Assembly: GCA_963662615.2 (NCBI GenBank) | Contig: CAXXSR010000001.1 | Span: 1,088,001 to 1,152,000 of the forward strand | Source: Dehalococcoidia bacterium | GTDB taxonomy: Bacteria > Chloroflexota > Dehalococcoidia > Bin125 | Reading direction: 5' to 3' | DNA: 64,000 nucleotides | Shown here: positions 50,045-64,000 of the stretch, piece by piece | Position numbering within the stretch: position 1 is the stretch's first letter | How the letters are laid out: each line of letters begins with the position of its first letter | Notes under the pieces: model-generated | Told to the model about the DNA's origin: nothing | Database searches by the model: none | Seen by the model: the letters and a program-made list of their open reading frames with translations, nothing else | Translations under genes and position numbers: made by a program

Positions 50045-52153
50045 CTAGAGAAAGAGTGGGCCGAAGACGACAGCGACGATTGACATCAGCTTCAGCAGGA
50101 TATTCAGCGACGGGCCGGACGTGTCCTTGAACGGGTCACCCACCGTATCGCCCACGACTGCCGCCTTGTGCGCCTCCGAACCCTTCCCCCCGAAGTTGCC
50201 CGCCTCAATGTACTTCTTGGCGTTGTCCCAGGCTCCGCCCGCATTGGCCATGGTGATCGCCATCAGGGCGCCGGCGGCGATCGAGCCGATCAGCAGGCCG
50301 CCCAACGCCTCCACCCCCATGACGGCGCCCACGAAGATCGGCACCGTCACCGCCAGGAGACCGGGCAGCACCATCTCTTTGAGTGCGCCGTTGGTGGAGA
50401 TCTCGATCGCCCGCGCATGGTCCGGCTGCTCCGTTCCGTCCATGATGCCCGGATGCTCGCGGAACTGGCGCCGAACCTCCTCCACCATGGCCATGGCCGC
50501 CCGCCCCACGGCGCCCATGCTGAGGGCGCTGAAAAGGAAAGGCATCAGGCCGCCGAGGAGGATCCCCGCCATGACCTCCGCGTCCAGGAGATTGAACAGG
50601 GAGACGTTGGTCACCGTGGCGTAGGTGGCGAGGAGCGCGAGCGCCGTGAGCGTGGCGGAGCCAATGGCGAAGCCCTTGCCCGTGGCCGCCGTGGTGTTGC
50701 CCAACTGATCGAGGGCATCGGTGCGCTCGCGCACTTCCGGTGGCAGGCCCGCTTGCTCCGCAATGCCGCCGGCATTGTCCGCCACGGGGCCGTAGGCGTC
50801 GCTGGCAAGCGTCACCCCCAGCGGCGCCAGCATCCCCACCGCCGCCAGGGCGATGCCGTAGAGACCCGCCACCTCATTGGTGATGACGATGGCCACGACA
50901 ATGGTCAGCACGGGAATCGCACTGGAGAGCATGCCCAGACTCATCCCACCAATGATCAGGGGACCGGCCCCGGACTCCGCCTGCCGGGCCAGGCTGGTGG
51001 TAGGGCTGTAGTGGAGGCGCCCCAGCCGGAACCCCGCGGAGGACGTGAAGCCCTCCGTCACGGTCCCGATGATCTGACCCGCGATGAGGCCGACGAGGAC
51101 GGCGAAGAAGAGGTTGGCGTCCAGCCCCATGACAGCGATGGCGATGCCGGAGCCGAGCAGGACCAGGGCGCTGGCGCTGTAGACGCCCGCGCGCAGGGCC
51201 CAGAGGAGACGCCCCTGGTCGGCCCCTTCGCTCGTGCGAACCAGAAATGTCCCGATGATGGACGCGAAGATGCCAATCGCGGCCACCAGGATCGGCAGCA
51301 CGAAGGCGTCCGAATCGAACGCAGCCGTCGCCTCGGCGCTAAAGATGCCCAGCGCTTGGGCGGCGTCCGCGAGGTCGCCGGTCGCGCCGGCGGTGAACAG
51401 GAGCGCGAGCGACATCGTTGCGACGATGGAGCCCACGTACGACTCGAAGAGGTCTGCGCCCATCCCCGCCACGTCGCCCACGTTGTCGCCCACGTTGTCC
51501 GCAATCGTGGCGGGGTTGCGCGGGTCGTCCTCGGGAATGCCGACCTCGATCTTCCCGACCAGGTCGGCGCCCACATCCGCCGCCTTCGTGAAGATGCCCC
51601 CGCCCACGCGCGCAAAGAGAGCGATGGATGAGGCGCCAAAGGCGAAGCCGGCCAGGGGGCCCGGCTTCTCCCAGATGAGGTACAGGATGGCAAGACCCAG
51701 AATCCCCAGCGCGACCACCGTCATCCCCATGACGGTGCCGGAGTTGAAGGCGGTGCGAAGAGCGCCGTTGAGCCCCTCCCGCGCCTTGGCGGCCGTCCGC
51801 ACGTTGGCGCGCACGGCAATGGTCATGCCGAAGTAGCCGGCCGCGCCGGAGAGAATGGCGCCGATCAGATAGCTCAGGGCGGTCTTGGGGATGTCGGAGC
51901 CGTCGTCCAACTGCTCCTTGTCCAAAATGTTGAGGTCAATGAACAGTACGAGCACGAGAAAGACCACGGCCACGAAGCCGGCCAGAACCGTGTACTCCCT
52001 GCGCAGGAAGGCCGATGCTCCGATCTGAATCGACCGGGCGATCGCCTGCATGCGCTCGTCACCCGGGTCCTCCGAGAGGACGTCGCGCACGCGCAGCGCC
52101 GCGAAGGCGAGCGCCACCACGCCGCCGACAATCGCAAGAACCAGGGTCTCCAT
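50045..52153 (-). CDS. hppA: Membrane-integral pyrophosphatase (K+-dependent, likely Na+-translocating)
   Basis: GGGIFTKAADVGADLVGK, DNVGDNVGD, DLFESY, GNTTAA and DTVGDPFKD motifs. Confidence 0.96.
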   Translation of the reverse strand: METLVLAIVGGVVALAFAALRVRDVLSEDPGDERMQAIARSIQIGASAFLRREYTVLAGFVAVVFLVLVLFIDLNILDKEQLDDGSDIPKTALSYLIGAILSGAAGYFGMTIAVRANVRTAAKAREGLNGALRTAFNSGTVMGMTVVALGILGLAILYLIWEKPGPLAGFAFGASSIALFARVGGGIFTKAADVGADLVGKIEVGIPEDDPRNPATIADNVGDNVGDVAGMGADLFESYVGSIVATMSLALLFTAGATGDLADAAQALGIFSAEATAAFDSDAFVLPILVAAIGIFASIIGTFLVRTSEGADQGRLLWALRAGVYSASALVLLGSGIAIAVMGLDANLFFAVLVGLIAGQIIGTVTEGFTSSAGFRLGRLHYSPTTSLARQAESGAGPLIIGGMSLGMLSSAIPVLTIVVAIVITNEVAGLYGIALAAVGMLAPLGVTLASDAYGPVADNAGGIAEQAGLPPEVRERTDALDQLGNTTAATGKGFAIGSATLTALALLATYATVTNVSLFNLLDAEVMAGILLGGLMPFLFSALSMGAVGRAAMAMVEEVRRQFREHPGIMDGTEQPDHARAIEISTNGALKEMVLPGLLAVTVPIFVGAVMGVEALGGLLIGSIAAGALMAITMANAGGAWDNAKKYIEAGNFGGKGSEAHKAAVVGDTVGDPFKDTSGPSLNILLKLMSIVAVVFGPLFL

Positions 52154-52308
52154 CGGGCCTCCACACAGGGATCGAGGGGAGACGGCGCGGCGTCCGGCAG
52201 CGGCTCCCTGCCTTACTGCGACCGGCCCGAACTCTACCGCGCGCCGATCTCGCGATCAACGGCCAAGCCCAGCCGGGGCCGCTTGCTCCAGGGCGAAGCG
52301 GAGAGCGC

Positions 52309-53010
52309 TCAGTCGGACGGATCCGGGCCTACCTCCCGAGGGAGATGGCGCCGAAGCGTCTGCATCTCCTGCCGTACGCGCTCCTGCATGGCCGCCACGG
52401 TCAGGTCACCGCGCGTCCTCTCGGTGACACCTCGGACCATGTCCGTGTGGCGGCGCAGCCCTCGCGTGATCGCGTCGGGATAGTCGACGGTCACGAGCAG
52501 CGTGTAGATCTCGTCCATGGCGGCGAGCAGCGCTTCGGAGCGGGCCAGATCGCCATCGCGGAGGGCGTCGAGCGTGTGGCGCCGCAGCTCCCCCACCGCC
52601 TCCGCAAGGCCGTTGAGGTAGGCGGCATACTCCACCCCAAGCTCCGACGGCCCGGGCAGCGGGCGGCCGGTCACCAGGGCCAGCGTCAACGTTGCCTCGG
52701 CGTACTCCTTGACGGCGTCATGGAGAAAGCCCGAGTGGTAGATGTCGGGAAAGTCGGCCAGCGCTGCCTGCGCCCGCCGGGCGCTCTGGCGCGCGGTCCC
52801 CAAAAGCTCCGCCGCCCTCTCGTGCTCATGCCGGTGAGTGGCGCGGATGGAGTTGGCGCTGTATTGGATCACCTGCCGAGCGGCGGCGAGAGCCTCTTCA
52901 CGGGCGCGGTGCTTGGCATCAAACGCGGGCCGAATCTCCGCCATCACGCGATCCAGCGCGGCGCCCAGCCCTTCGCCCGCGGCCGTCCCGGCGCCATCAT
53001 TGCTGGCCAT
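52309..53010 (-). CDS. Translin-family protein
   Basis: RE.AL...R..I..S...IR..HR, KEYAEA, YLNGLAEAVGELRR and LRRHTD motifs. Confidence 0.82.
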   Translation of the reverse strand: MASNDGAGTAAGEGLGAALDRVMAEIRPAFDAKHRAREEALAAARQVIQYSANSIRATHRHEHERAAELLGTARQSARRAQAALADFPDIYHSGFLHDAVKEYAEATLTLALVTGRPLPGPSELGVEYAAYLNGLAEAVGELRRHTLDALRDGDLARSEALLAAMDEIYTLLVTVDYPDAITRGLRRHTDMVRGVTERTRGDLTVAAMQERVRQEMQTLRRHLPREVGPDPSD

Positions 53011-53015
53011 GCGCT

Positions 53016-53360
53016 TTAGAGATCCTTCAACGGCTGGGGGAGCTCACCGTCGCGGGCGGCGTCGATCATCGTGCGCGCTTCCGCCGGCATGTCCACACCC
53101 AGCTCGGCAATGCGCTCCTCCGCCCAGCGACCGATCTGGCGCGGGTCCCGATAAGCATCCGGGCCTGCCCCCGGCGCCGGCGTGCCATGCCGCTCCCGCA
53201 CCTGCTGCTCGGTCAGCGGCGTCGCGAAGCGGGAGAGCGCCCGGCGCGTCCGCTTGCCCCCGCAGTGGCCGCAGAGCGGCGGCTTGGCGGTACGGCGAGA
53301 GCGAAAATACACCTCCGTGCGCTTGTCGCAATCTCTGCAGAGGTACTCATAGATCGGCAT
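53016..53360 (-). CDS. FmdB-family zinc-ribbon protein
   Basis: MPIYEYLCRDC...CGHCG...RALSRF. Confidence 0.88.
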   Translation of the reverse strand: MPIYEYLCRDCDKRTEVYFRSRRTAKPPLCGHCGGKRTRRALSRFATPLTEQQVRERHGTPAPGAGPDAYRDPRQIGRWAEERIAELGVDMPAEARTMIDAARDGELPQPLKDL

Positions 53361-53535
53361 TGCCAACTCATCGCACGGGCTTCGCCATCAGCCGTCAGGA
53401 GGTAGCCGCAAGAGCGACGGCAGCGGACGCCGTGGGGCGCCACGACGGCATTCCGGCGGGGCGCAGGCGCTGCCGGCGGGGGTGCGAGCACCGCCGAGCC
53501 CGGCTGGAGCCGAGCGTAACACACGCCGACGGCGC

Positions 53536-53907
53536 TCAAGCTTCAACGGCGTTCTCCACGTGCCGGACCGAGAGGACGCGGCCGTCCACGCCCACGGCAA
53601 TGGCAATCACGTCGATGCGCGCATCTTCGGCGGACGGACGTTCGGCGAGGTATTCGCCCGCAAGCTCGGCCAGGCGGCGCTGCTTGCGCTGGTCCACCGC
53701 CTCGATCACGGTCGCCTCCGCATCCGCCCCCCGCCGCGTGCGCACCTCCACGATAACCAGCACGCCCTCGGGCGATCGCGCCACAAGGTCCAGCTCTCCG
53801 TGAGCGCTGCGGACGTTGCGCTCCATGATCTCATAGCCCTTCGATTCCAGGTGCGCGGCGGCGAGCCGTTCGCCGGCGGCGCCGAGCGCCTGACGGGCAT
53901 TGGTCAT
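53536..53907 (-). CDS. yraN: YraN (UPF0102) family putative endonuclease
   Basis: G..GE..AA.HL...GY, GELDLV, VEVRTR and RIDV motifs. Confidence 0.92.
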   Translation of the reverse strand: MTNARQALGAAGERLAAAHLESKGYEIMERNVRSAHGELDLVARSPEGVLVIVEVRTRRGADAEATVIEAVDQRKQRRLAELAGEYLAERPSAEDARIDVIAIAVGVDGRVLSVRHVENAVEA

Positions 53908-54563
53908 GGCGGCGCCACCAATCGACGCACGGGCGCAAACGAGGCCCGGTGCTGAGAGCAGGGACCATGCCGTTCCAGCGCCGCCAGATGAGCGGCGGTG
54001 CCATAGCCCTTGTTGCTGGCGAAGCCGTAGCCGCGGAAGCGCGTGTCAGCCCGCTCCATCCAGGCATCACGGGCGACCTTCGCCAGCACGGAGGCCGCGG
54101 CAATGCTCGTCACCTGCACATCGCCCCGCACGATCGCCTCCACCGGGCAGTCGAGCGGGAGCGCGTCGGTCCCGTCAACCAGGACGAAGGAAGGCGGCTC
54201 GGCGAGGGCGGCCAGCGCGCGCCGCATCGCCCGCCGCGTCGCCTCCACCACGCCCGCGTCGTCCACTTCCCAGGCGGAGGCCCAGCCCACGGCCCAATCG
54301 GTCACGGCCGTTTTGATGGCGGCGGCGATCCGGCGTCGCGACACGGCCGTCAACTGCTTGCTGTCGCGCACGTCCGCCAGCCAGGCCGGACGGGCGTAGG
54401 GGCGCAGCACCACGGCGCCTGCCGTGACCGGGCCGGCAAGCGGACCCCGTCCGACCTCATCCAGGCCGGCTACGGCTCGGTAGCCCTCTCGCCAGAGCCG
54501 AAGCTCCCGAGCAACGCTAGGGCGAACCGCCTTTCTCGCTCCAAGCAGCTGGGGAGACGCCAT
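53904..54563 (-). CDS. rnhB: Ribonuclease HII
   Basis: GLDEVGRGPLAGPV, DSK, VDG, IAAASVLAKV and NKGYGT motifs. Confidence 0.96.
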   Translation of the reverse strand: MASPQLLGARKAVRPSVARELRLWREGYRAVAGLDEVGRGPLAGPVTAGAVVLRPYARPAWLADVRDSKQLTAVSRRRIAAAIKTAVTDWAVGWASAWEVDDAGVVEATRRAMRRALAALAEPPSFVLVDGTDALPLDCPVEAIVRGDVQVTSIAAASVLAKVARDAWMERADTRFRGYGFASNKGYGTAAHLAALERHGPCSQHRASFAPVRRLVAPP

Positions 54564-54906
54564 CCTCCGTCCCTCCTCCTAAGGGGTACTGCTTAAGGCA
54601 CCTTGGCAATTGTGAGATGGATGGCGCAAGCCGAAGATCTCCAATGAGGCGGGGTTCGTACGCTTCCAGTGGGCCTCCGACTCAGCGCGATTGGGGGGGC
54701 CGTCGCGGATAATCCTTCTGGGCGGCAGAGTCTCCCTGGACGGTCTGGCGCCGTTGTAGGGGCTGGAGGGCCCGGCAGGGGGCGTCGAACCGCGCAGTCG
54801 AACGACAGAGAGGGCTCCGCAACCCTGCTATATTTGTAAACAGGGGCGGAGTACATCTCACTGCTGGGCTCCACGAGCCCGGAGAGACCGAAAGAGAGAA
54901 CGAGGC

Positions 54907-56892
<1,986 letters not shown>

Positions 56893-56975
56893 GGCCGCTT
56901 CGCTGCCACCGCGTCGACGCGCGCTCGCGCCCGCGATGGGCGTTGGTCCGTCCCTGCGGGGACGCTCAACCGTGC

Positions 56976-57005
56976 TTGACCCGCCCGGAAGCGCGGCCGT
57001 ACGCT
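56976..57005 (+). promoter_or_regulatory. rplU operon promoter
   Basis: TTGACC-18 nt-TACGCT. Confidence 0.55.
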
Positions 57006-57046
57006 GGAACTGAACCGTTTCCCACCGAAATCGTACGAGGGCCCCC

Positions 57047-57523
57047 ATGTACGCCGTGATTCGCACCGGCGGAAAGCAATACCGCGTGGAACCGGGCCAA
57101 CGACTGCGAATTGACCGATTACCGGGCGCCGAGGGAGACCGCATCGATTTTCCAGACGTTCTGCTGCTGGGCGAGGGCGAAGAGACCGAGATCGGGACGC
57201 CCACCGTGGCGGACGCTCGCGTGGTGGCGGAGATCCTCACGCAAGGGCGCGACAAGAAAGTGCTGGTCTTCAAATACAAGAACAAGATTCGCTATCGCCG
57301 CTTGATTGGCCACCGTCAGCGCTCCACCACGGTCGCAATTCAAGAGATCGTCGGGCCGGACGGCCGCTCCTGGGGCCCGCCGGTCAAGGCGCAGGAACGA
57401 GCGGGGAGTGAGACGGACGCGACGGACACGGCGGACGCCCCGGACGCCGATGCCGACGGCGCGGTGGAGGCGCCGGCAGGCGAAGCCGCTCCTGATCCCC
57501 AGGCCACGCGCGAGGAGGATTAG
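57047..57523 (+). CDS. rplU: 50S ribosomal protein L21 with an acidic C-terminal extension
   Basis: [12 protein letters not shown] and GHRQ motifs. Confidence 0.96.
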   Translation: MYAVIRTGGKQYRVEPGQRLRIDRLPGAEGDRIDFPDVLLLGEGEETEIGTPTVADARVVAEILTQGRDKKVLVFKYKNKIRYRRLIGHRQRSTTVAIQEIVGPDGRSWGPPVKAQERAGSETDATDTADAPDADADGAVEAPAGEAAPDPQATREED

Positions 57524-57525
57524 CG

Positions 57526-57798
57526 ATGGCACACAAGAAGGGAGTTGGCTCGTCCCGCAACGGCCGCGACAGCGCTTCCAAGCGATTGGGCGTGAAGCTT
57601 TACGACGGCCAAGCGGTGCGGACCGGCGGTATCCTGGTGCGGCAGCGAGGAACGCGATTCCATCCCGGTCGCAACGTCGGGGTGGGCCGCGACCATACCC
57701 TCTACGCGCTGGCCGACGGCGTGGTCAAGTTTGAGCCCTACGCCAAAGGACGGCGGAAGAAGGTCAGTGTGTACGGGGCCGCGGCGGTTGGCGCCTGA
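57526..57798 (+). CDS. rpmA: 50S ribosomal protein L27
   Basis: [16 protein letters not shown]. Confidence 0.97.
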   Translation: MAHKKGVGSSRNGRDSASKRLGVKLYDGQAVRTGGILVRQRGTRFHPGRNVGVGRDHTLYALADGVVKFEPYAKGRRKKVSVYGAAAVGA

Positions 57799-57800
57799 CC

Positions 57801-58067
57801 ATGAAGAGCGACATCCACCCGCAGTACGGCCCGGCGGTCATCCACTGCGGCTGCGGGAATCGCTGGGAGACGCGCTCCACGAAGACGGACATGCGGATCG
57901 AGATCTGCAGCCAGTGCCATCCGTTCTTTACGGGCGAGCAGCGGATCGTGGATACCGCCGGCCGCGTCGAACGGTTCCGTCGGCGCTACGGTCTGGCCGA
58001 AGACGAAGCGACCGTGGCGGAAGAGGCGGCGCCGGAAGACGAGAGCCGGTCTGACACACCCGAGTAG
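57801..58067 (+). CDS. rpmE: 50S ribosomal protein L31 (Zn-binding type)
   Basis: MKSDIHP, CGCG and [10 protein letters not shown] motifs. Confidence 0.97.
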   Translation: MKSDIHPQYGPAVIHCGCGNRWETRSTKTDMRIEICSQCHPFFTGEQRIVDTAGRVERFRRRYGLAEDEATVAEEAAPEDESRSDTPE

Positions 58068-58168
58068 ATCGCAGCGCCCAGCAGGGACTCCTCTCCCGCC
58101 GGACGAGCGCCGGCGCAGGCCGGAATCCGTTGCCACCGCCATCGCTGCCGCCCCCCTATCCTGAAGGC

Positions 58169-59128
58169 ATGGCTCTCAGACGTCAGGTAGAGGTGAGGCG
58201 CGCCGGCTTCGGTGGTCAGGCCGTGATCGAAGGCGTCATGATCCGCGGCCCGCGCCACGCGACCGTGGTCTGCCGGCGACCGGACGGCTCCCTCTCGTAC
58301 CGTCAGCGGACGCTGCAGAGAGGCTACACGGGCCGGCTCGCCCGACTCCCGCTGGTCCGGGGGATAATCACGCTGGCCGAGACCCTGCATCTGGGGATCT
58401 GGGCGCTGATCTTCTCGCAGAATGTCGCCCTGGCGGAGGAGGGAGAGGAGGAGGAGGAGGAGGGCCTGGGCATCATTGGGGGCGTTACGATCTTTCTCGC
58501 CTTCGCTATCGGAATCGGCATCTTCTTCCTGGGGCCCGTGGCAGCGGCGCGATGGCTGCAGAGTCGCCTGGACCCCGAAATCATTGCCGTGATCCTGGAA
58601 GGCGTTCTTCGCCTCATCCTCTTGCTCGGCTACCTCTGGCTGGTGGGCCGGATGCCGGACATCCGACGGGTGTTTGAGTATCACGGCGCGGAGCACAAGA
58701 CCATTGCCGCCTGGGAGGCGGAAGAGCCGCTCACCGTGGATCGGGTGCGACCGTTCAGCCGCGCTCACCCCCGCTGCGGCACGTCGTTCCTGCTCGTCGT
58801 GGCGGTGGTCGCGATCTTGGTCTTCACCGCGTTGGGCAATCCCCCGCTGTGGTGGCACCTGACCAGCCGCATCGTGTTCGTGCCCGTCATCGCGGCGATC
58901 GCGTATGAAGCCATTCGGGCCGGCGGCCGCTACCGCCACCGACGCGTGGTCGGCTGGCTCTTCGCGCCCAACCTCTGGCTGCAAGGGCTGACGACGCGCG
59001 AGCCGGAGGACGAGCAGATTCGGGTCGCCATTGCCGCCATGGAGCGCGCGCTGGCGCAGGAAGAGGCCCAGCGGGCGCAGGGCCGGTCGTCCGATGCGCC
59101 GCAAATGGAGGCGGCGCCGGGGGATTAG
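58169..59128 (+). CDS. DUF1385 membrane protein
   Basis: [25 protein letters not shown] and LQGLTTREP motifs; leaderless ATG after TATCCT. Confidence 0.92.
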   Translation: MALRRQVEVRRAGFGGQAVIEGVMIRGPRHATVVCRRPDGSLSYRQRTLQRGYTGRLARLPLVRGIITLAETLHLGIWALIFSQNVALAEEGEEEEEEGLGIIGGVTIFLAFAIGIGIFFLGPVAAARWLQSRLDPEIIAVILEGVLRLILLLGYLWLVGRMPDIRRVFEYHGAEHKTIAAWEAEEPLTVDRVRPFSRAHPRCGTSFLLVVAVVAILVFTALGNPPLWWHLTSRIVFVPVIAAIAYEAIRAGGRYRHRRVVGWLFAPNLWLQGLTTREPEDEQIRVAIAAMERALAQEEAQRAQGRSSDAPQMEAAPGD

Positions 59129-59502
59129 TCCTGGTTGAGGCCGCGGTGGAAGCAGCTCACCTGGCCGGTGTGGCAGGTGGGACCGGCGGGCTCCGCGCGC
59201 ACGAGCAGGGCGTCGGCGTCACAGTCCTTGCGGATCGACTTCAGGCGAAGGACGTTGCCGCTGGTCTCCCCCTTGGTCCAGTACGTCTGCCGGCTCCGGC
59301 TCCAGAACGTGACCAGCCCCGACGCCAGCGTCCGTCGCACCGCCTCTTCATCCATGTAGGCAAGCATCAGCACCTCCCCGCTGGCGTCGTTCTGGACGAC
59401 GGCGGGGAGAAGCCCGTCCGCACCGTACCGCAGCGGCGGAACGACCGTGGCGGCCTCGGTGGCGGCCTGGGTGGCGGCATCATTGTCAGGAGACGGCGTC
59501 AT
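59125..59502 (-). CDS. hisI: Phosphoribosyl-AMP cyclohydrolase
   Basis: VLMLAYM, WSRSR, KGETSG, DCDAD and CHTG..SCF motifs. Confidence 0.95.
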   Translation of the reverse strand: MTPSPDNDAATQAATEAATVVPPLRYGADGLLPAVVQNDASGEVLMLAYMDEEAVRRTLASGLVTFWSRSRQTYWTKGETSGNVLRLKSIRKDCDADALLVRAEPAGPTCHTGQVSCFHRGLNQD

Positions 59503-60271
59503 AGCGTGGTTGCTCCAATCGCACGGGCACGCCTGCCTGCGCCATGCTGCGCTTGACGTCCAGGATACGACAGGTTCCGAAGTGAAAGATGCTGGCCGCC
59601 AAGACGGCGTCGGCGTGGCCTTCGACGATGGCGTCAATCATGTGCTGTGCGTTGCCGGCGCCGCCGCTGGCGATCACCGGGACCGGGACGGCGTCCGCAA
59701 TGGCTCGCAGCATGGGGAGGTCGAAACCGTCCTGGTGGCCGTCGGTGTCCATGGAGGTCAGCAGGATCTCACCGGCGCCACGCTCCACCGCCTCGCGCGC
59801 CCAGGCCACGGCATCGCGGCCGGTGGTCCGGCGGCCACCGTGCGTGTAGACCTCAAAGCCCCCTTGCGCCCGCGCCTTCGCGTCGATGGCGACGACGATG
59901 CACTGGCTGCCGAAGCGCTGCGCCCCTTGCGTGATCAACTCTGGCGTGGTGAGGGCCGCCGTGTTGATAGAGACCTTGTCGGCGCCCGCTTCCAGCATCC
60001 CCCGCATGTCGGCGGTGCTCCGAATCCCGCCGCCCACCGTAAACGGAATGAACACCTCGTCCGCGGTGCGGCGCACCATCTCCACGACCGTCTCGCGTTC
60101 CTCGTGCGAGGCGGTGATATCCAAGAAGACCAGCTCGTCCGCCCCCTCGCGATCGTAGAGGCGGGCCAGCTCCACGGGATCACCGGCGTCGCGCAGATCC
60201 ACGAATGAGACGCCCTTGACGACCCGTCCCCGGTCGACGTCGAAGCAGGCGATGACGCGCTTCGTCAGCAT
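59486..60271 (-). CDS. hisF: Imidazole glycerol phosphate synthase cyclase subunit
   Basis: [29 protein letters not shown] and IASGG motifs. Confidence 0.97.
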   Translation of the reverse strand: MLTKRVIACFDVDRGRVVKGVSFVDLRDAGDPVELARLYDREGADELVFLDITASHEERETVVEMVRRTADEVFIPFTVGGGIRSTADMRGMLEAGADKVSINTAALTTPELITQGAQRFGSQCIVVAIDAKARAQGGFEVYTHGGRRTTGRDAVAWAREAVERGAGEILLTSMDTDGHQDGFDLPMLRAIADAVPVPVIASGGAGNAQHMIDAIVEGHADAVLAASIFHFGTCRILDVKRSMAQAGVPVRLEQPRYDAVS

Positions 60272-60361
60272 TTTGTCGCCCGACCCCCATCCAAGCCGGC
60301 GGGCTTGCTCCGGTCGTCACCGCCCGCTGAGCCCACGCCCCCAACCGGCCCGGCCCGGCCG

Positions 60362-61081
60362 TTACCCCAGTGCCCTCGCCGCAGCGACGGCCGCCGCCAA
60401 GTCCACTTGTCCATCGTAAAGAGCGCGGCCAATGATCGCCGCCTCCGCGCCCGCTTCCGCCAACGCGGCGATTTGGGCAACGTTGGCGACACCGCCGGAG
60501 GCGATGACCGGGACTGCCACCGCCGCCACGAGGCGCCGCAAAGCGTCGTAGTTCGGCTCGGTCACCGTCCCGTCGCGGGCGATATCCGTGGCGATCAAGC
60601 GGCGCACGCCGGCCCCGACCAACGTCTCCGCGAGGTCCACGACGCCGAGGCCACTGGTCTGCGTCCAGCCGTCTGTCGCGACCAGGCCCTCGCGCGCGTC
60701 CAGCGAGACCACGATGGCCTCGCCGTGTTCACGGCAGAGCGCCTCCACCAGCGCCTGATCACGGACCGCGGCCGTGCCCAGCACCACCCGATCGATTCCG
60801 GCGGCCCGGTGGCGGGCGACTGCCGCGGCGGAGCGGATGCCGCCGCCGGCCTGCACCGGCACCCCCAGCCGCCCGATCGCCGCCACGAGATTGAAATTGA
60901 CGGGCTCGCCGCTGCGCGCGCCATCAAGGTCCACCACGTGGAGGCGGGTCGCGCCGGCCTGGACCCAGCGCCGGGCGGCCGCGACCGGATCGGCGTCGAA
61001 GACGGTCTCGGCGCCGTAATCGCCCCGCAGGAGGCGGACGCAGCGCCCGCCGAGAATATCGACCGCCGGGATGATGTCCAT
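60362..61081 (-). CDS. hisA: ProFAR isomerase
   Basis: IIPAVDI..G.CVRL, HVVDLDGA, GGGIR and TDIARDG motifs. Confidence 0.96.
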   Translation of the reverse strand: MDIIPAVDILGGRCVRLLRGDYGAETVFDADPVAAARRWVQAGATRLHVVDLDGARSGEPVNFNLVAAIGRLGVPVQAGGGIRSAAAVARHRAAGIDRVVLGTAAVRDQALVEALCREHGEAIVVSLDAREGLVATDGWTQTSGLGVVDLAETLVGAGVRRLIATDIARDGTVTEPNYDALRRLVAAVAVPVIASGGVANVAQIAALAEAGAEAAIIGRALYDGQVDLAAAVAAARALG

Positions 61082-61087
61082 CTGCCG

Positions 61088-63944
<2,857 letters not shown>

Positions 63945-64000
63945 CCGGCCCCGACGTGGTCCTGCGGGCGCGATTGCTCCGGCCACGCGCGCTGTCCACC

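Overview
High-GC bacterial chromosome segment, almost all housekeeping genes. Gene order and content (DUF177-rpmF-fabD-nusB-acpP, GAAC-N4-GTTC SOS box, rplU-rpmA-rpmE-DUF1385, translin-like gene, alpha2-type glycyl-tRNA ligase) suggest Chloroflexota, probably Dehalococcoidia; this is inference. It holds about 60 CDSs (uvrA, uvrB, mutM, polA, ligA, ruvAC, ftsK, ftsH, rnj, rnhA, rnhB, panBC, hisHAFI, tatBC, hppA, a fused accD-accA), the RNase P RNA and several cyclic-nucleotide signalling genes. I found no rRNA, tRNA, CRISPR array, transposase or prophage. The most notable oddities are: (1) a full-length large serine recombinase that has lost its catalytic motifs and most zinc ligands, sitting inside a housekeeping run (zinc-ribbon protein, RNase HI, rnpB, divergent MurE); (2) a stand-alone ~150-nt transcript with its own promoter and terminator, two very strong Shine-Dalgarno sequences, mutually exclusive helices and a 22-codon ORF; (3) a leaderless (MTRR)n repeat uORF coupled to rnj; (4) a modular, self-nesting REP-like repeat family; (5) signs of microhomology or templated repair (a 26-28 nt templated insertion and a scrambled pseudogene mosaic); (6) many degenerate 12-16-nt tandem arrays in intergenic, often promoter-proximal, DNA. 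All assignments come from motif recognition by eye; no searches were run.
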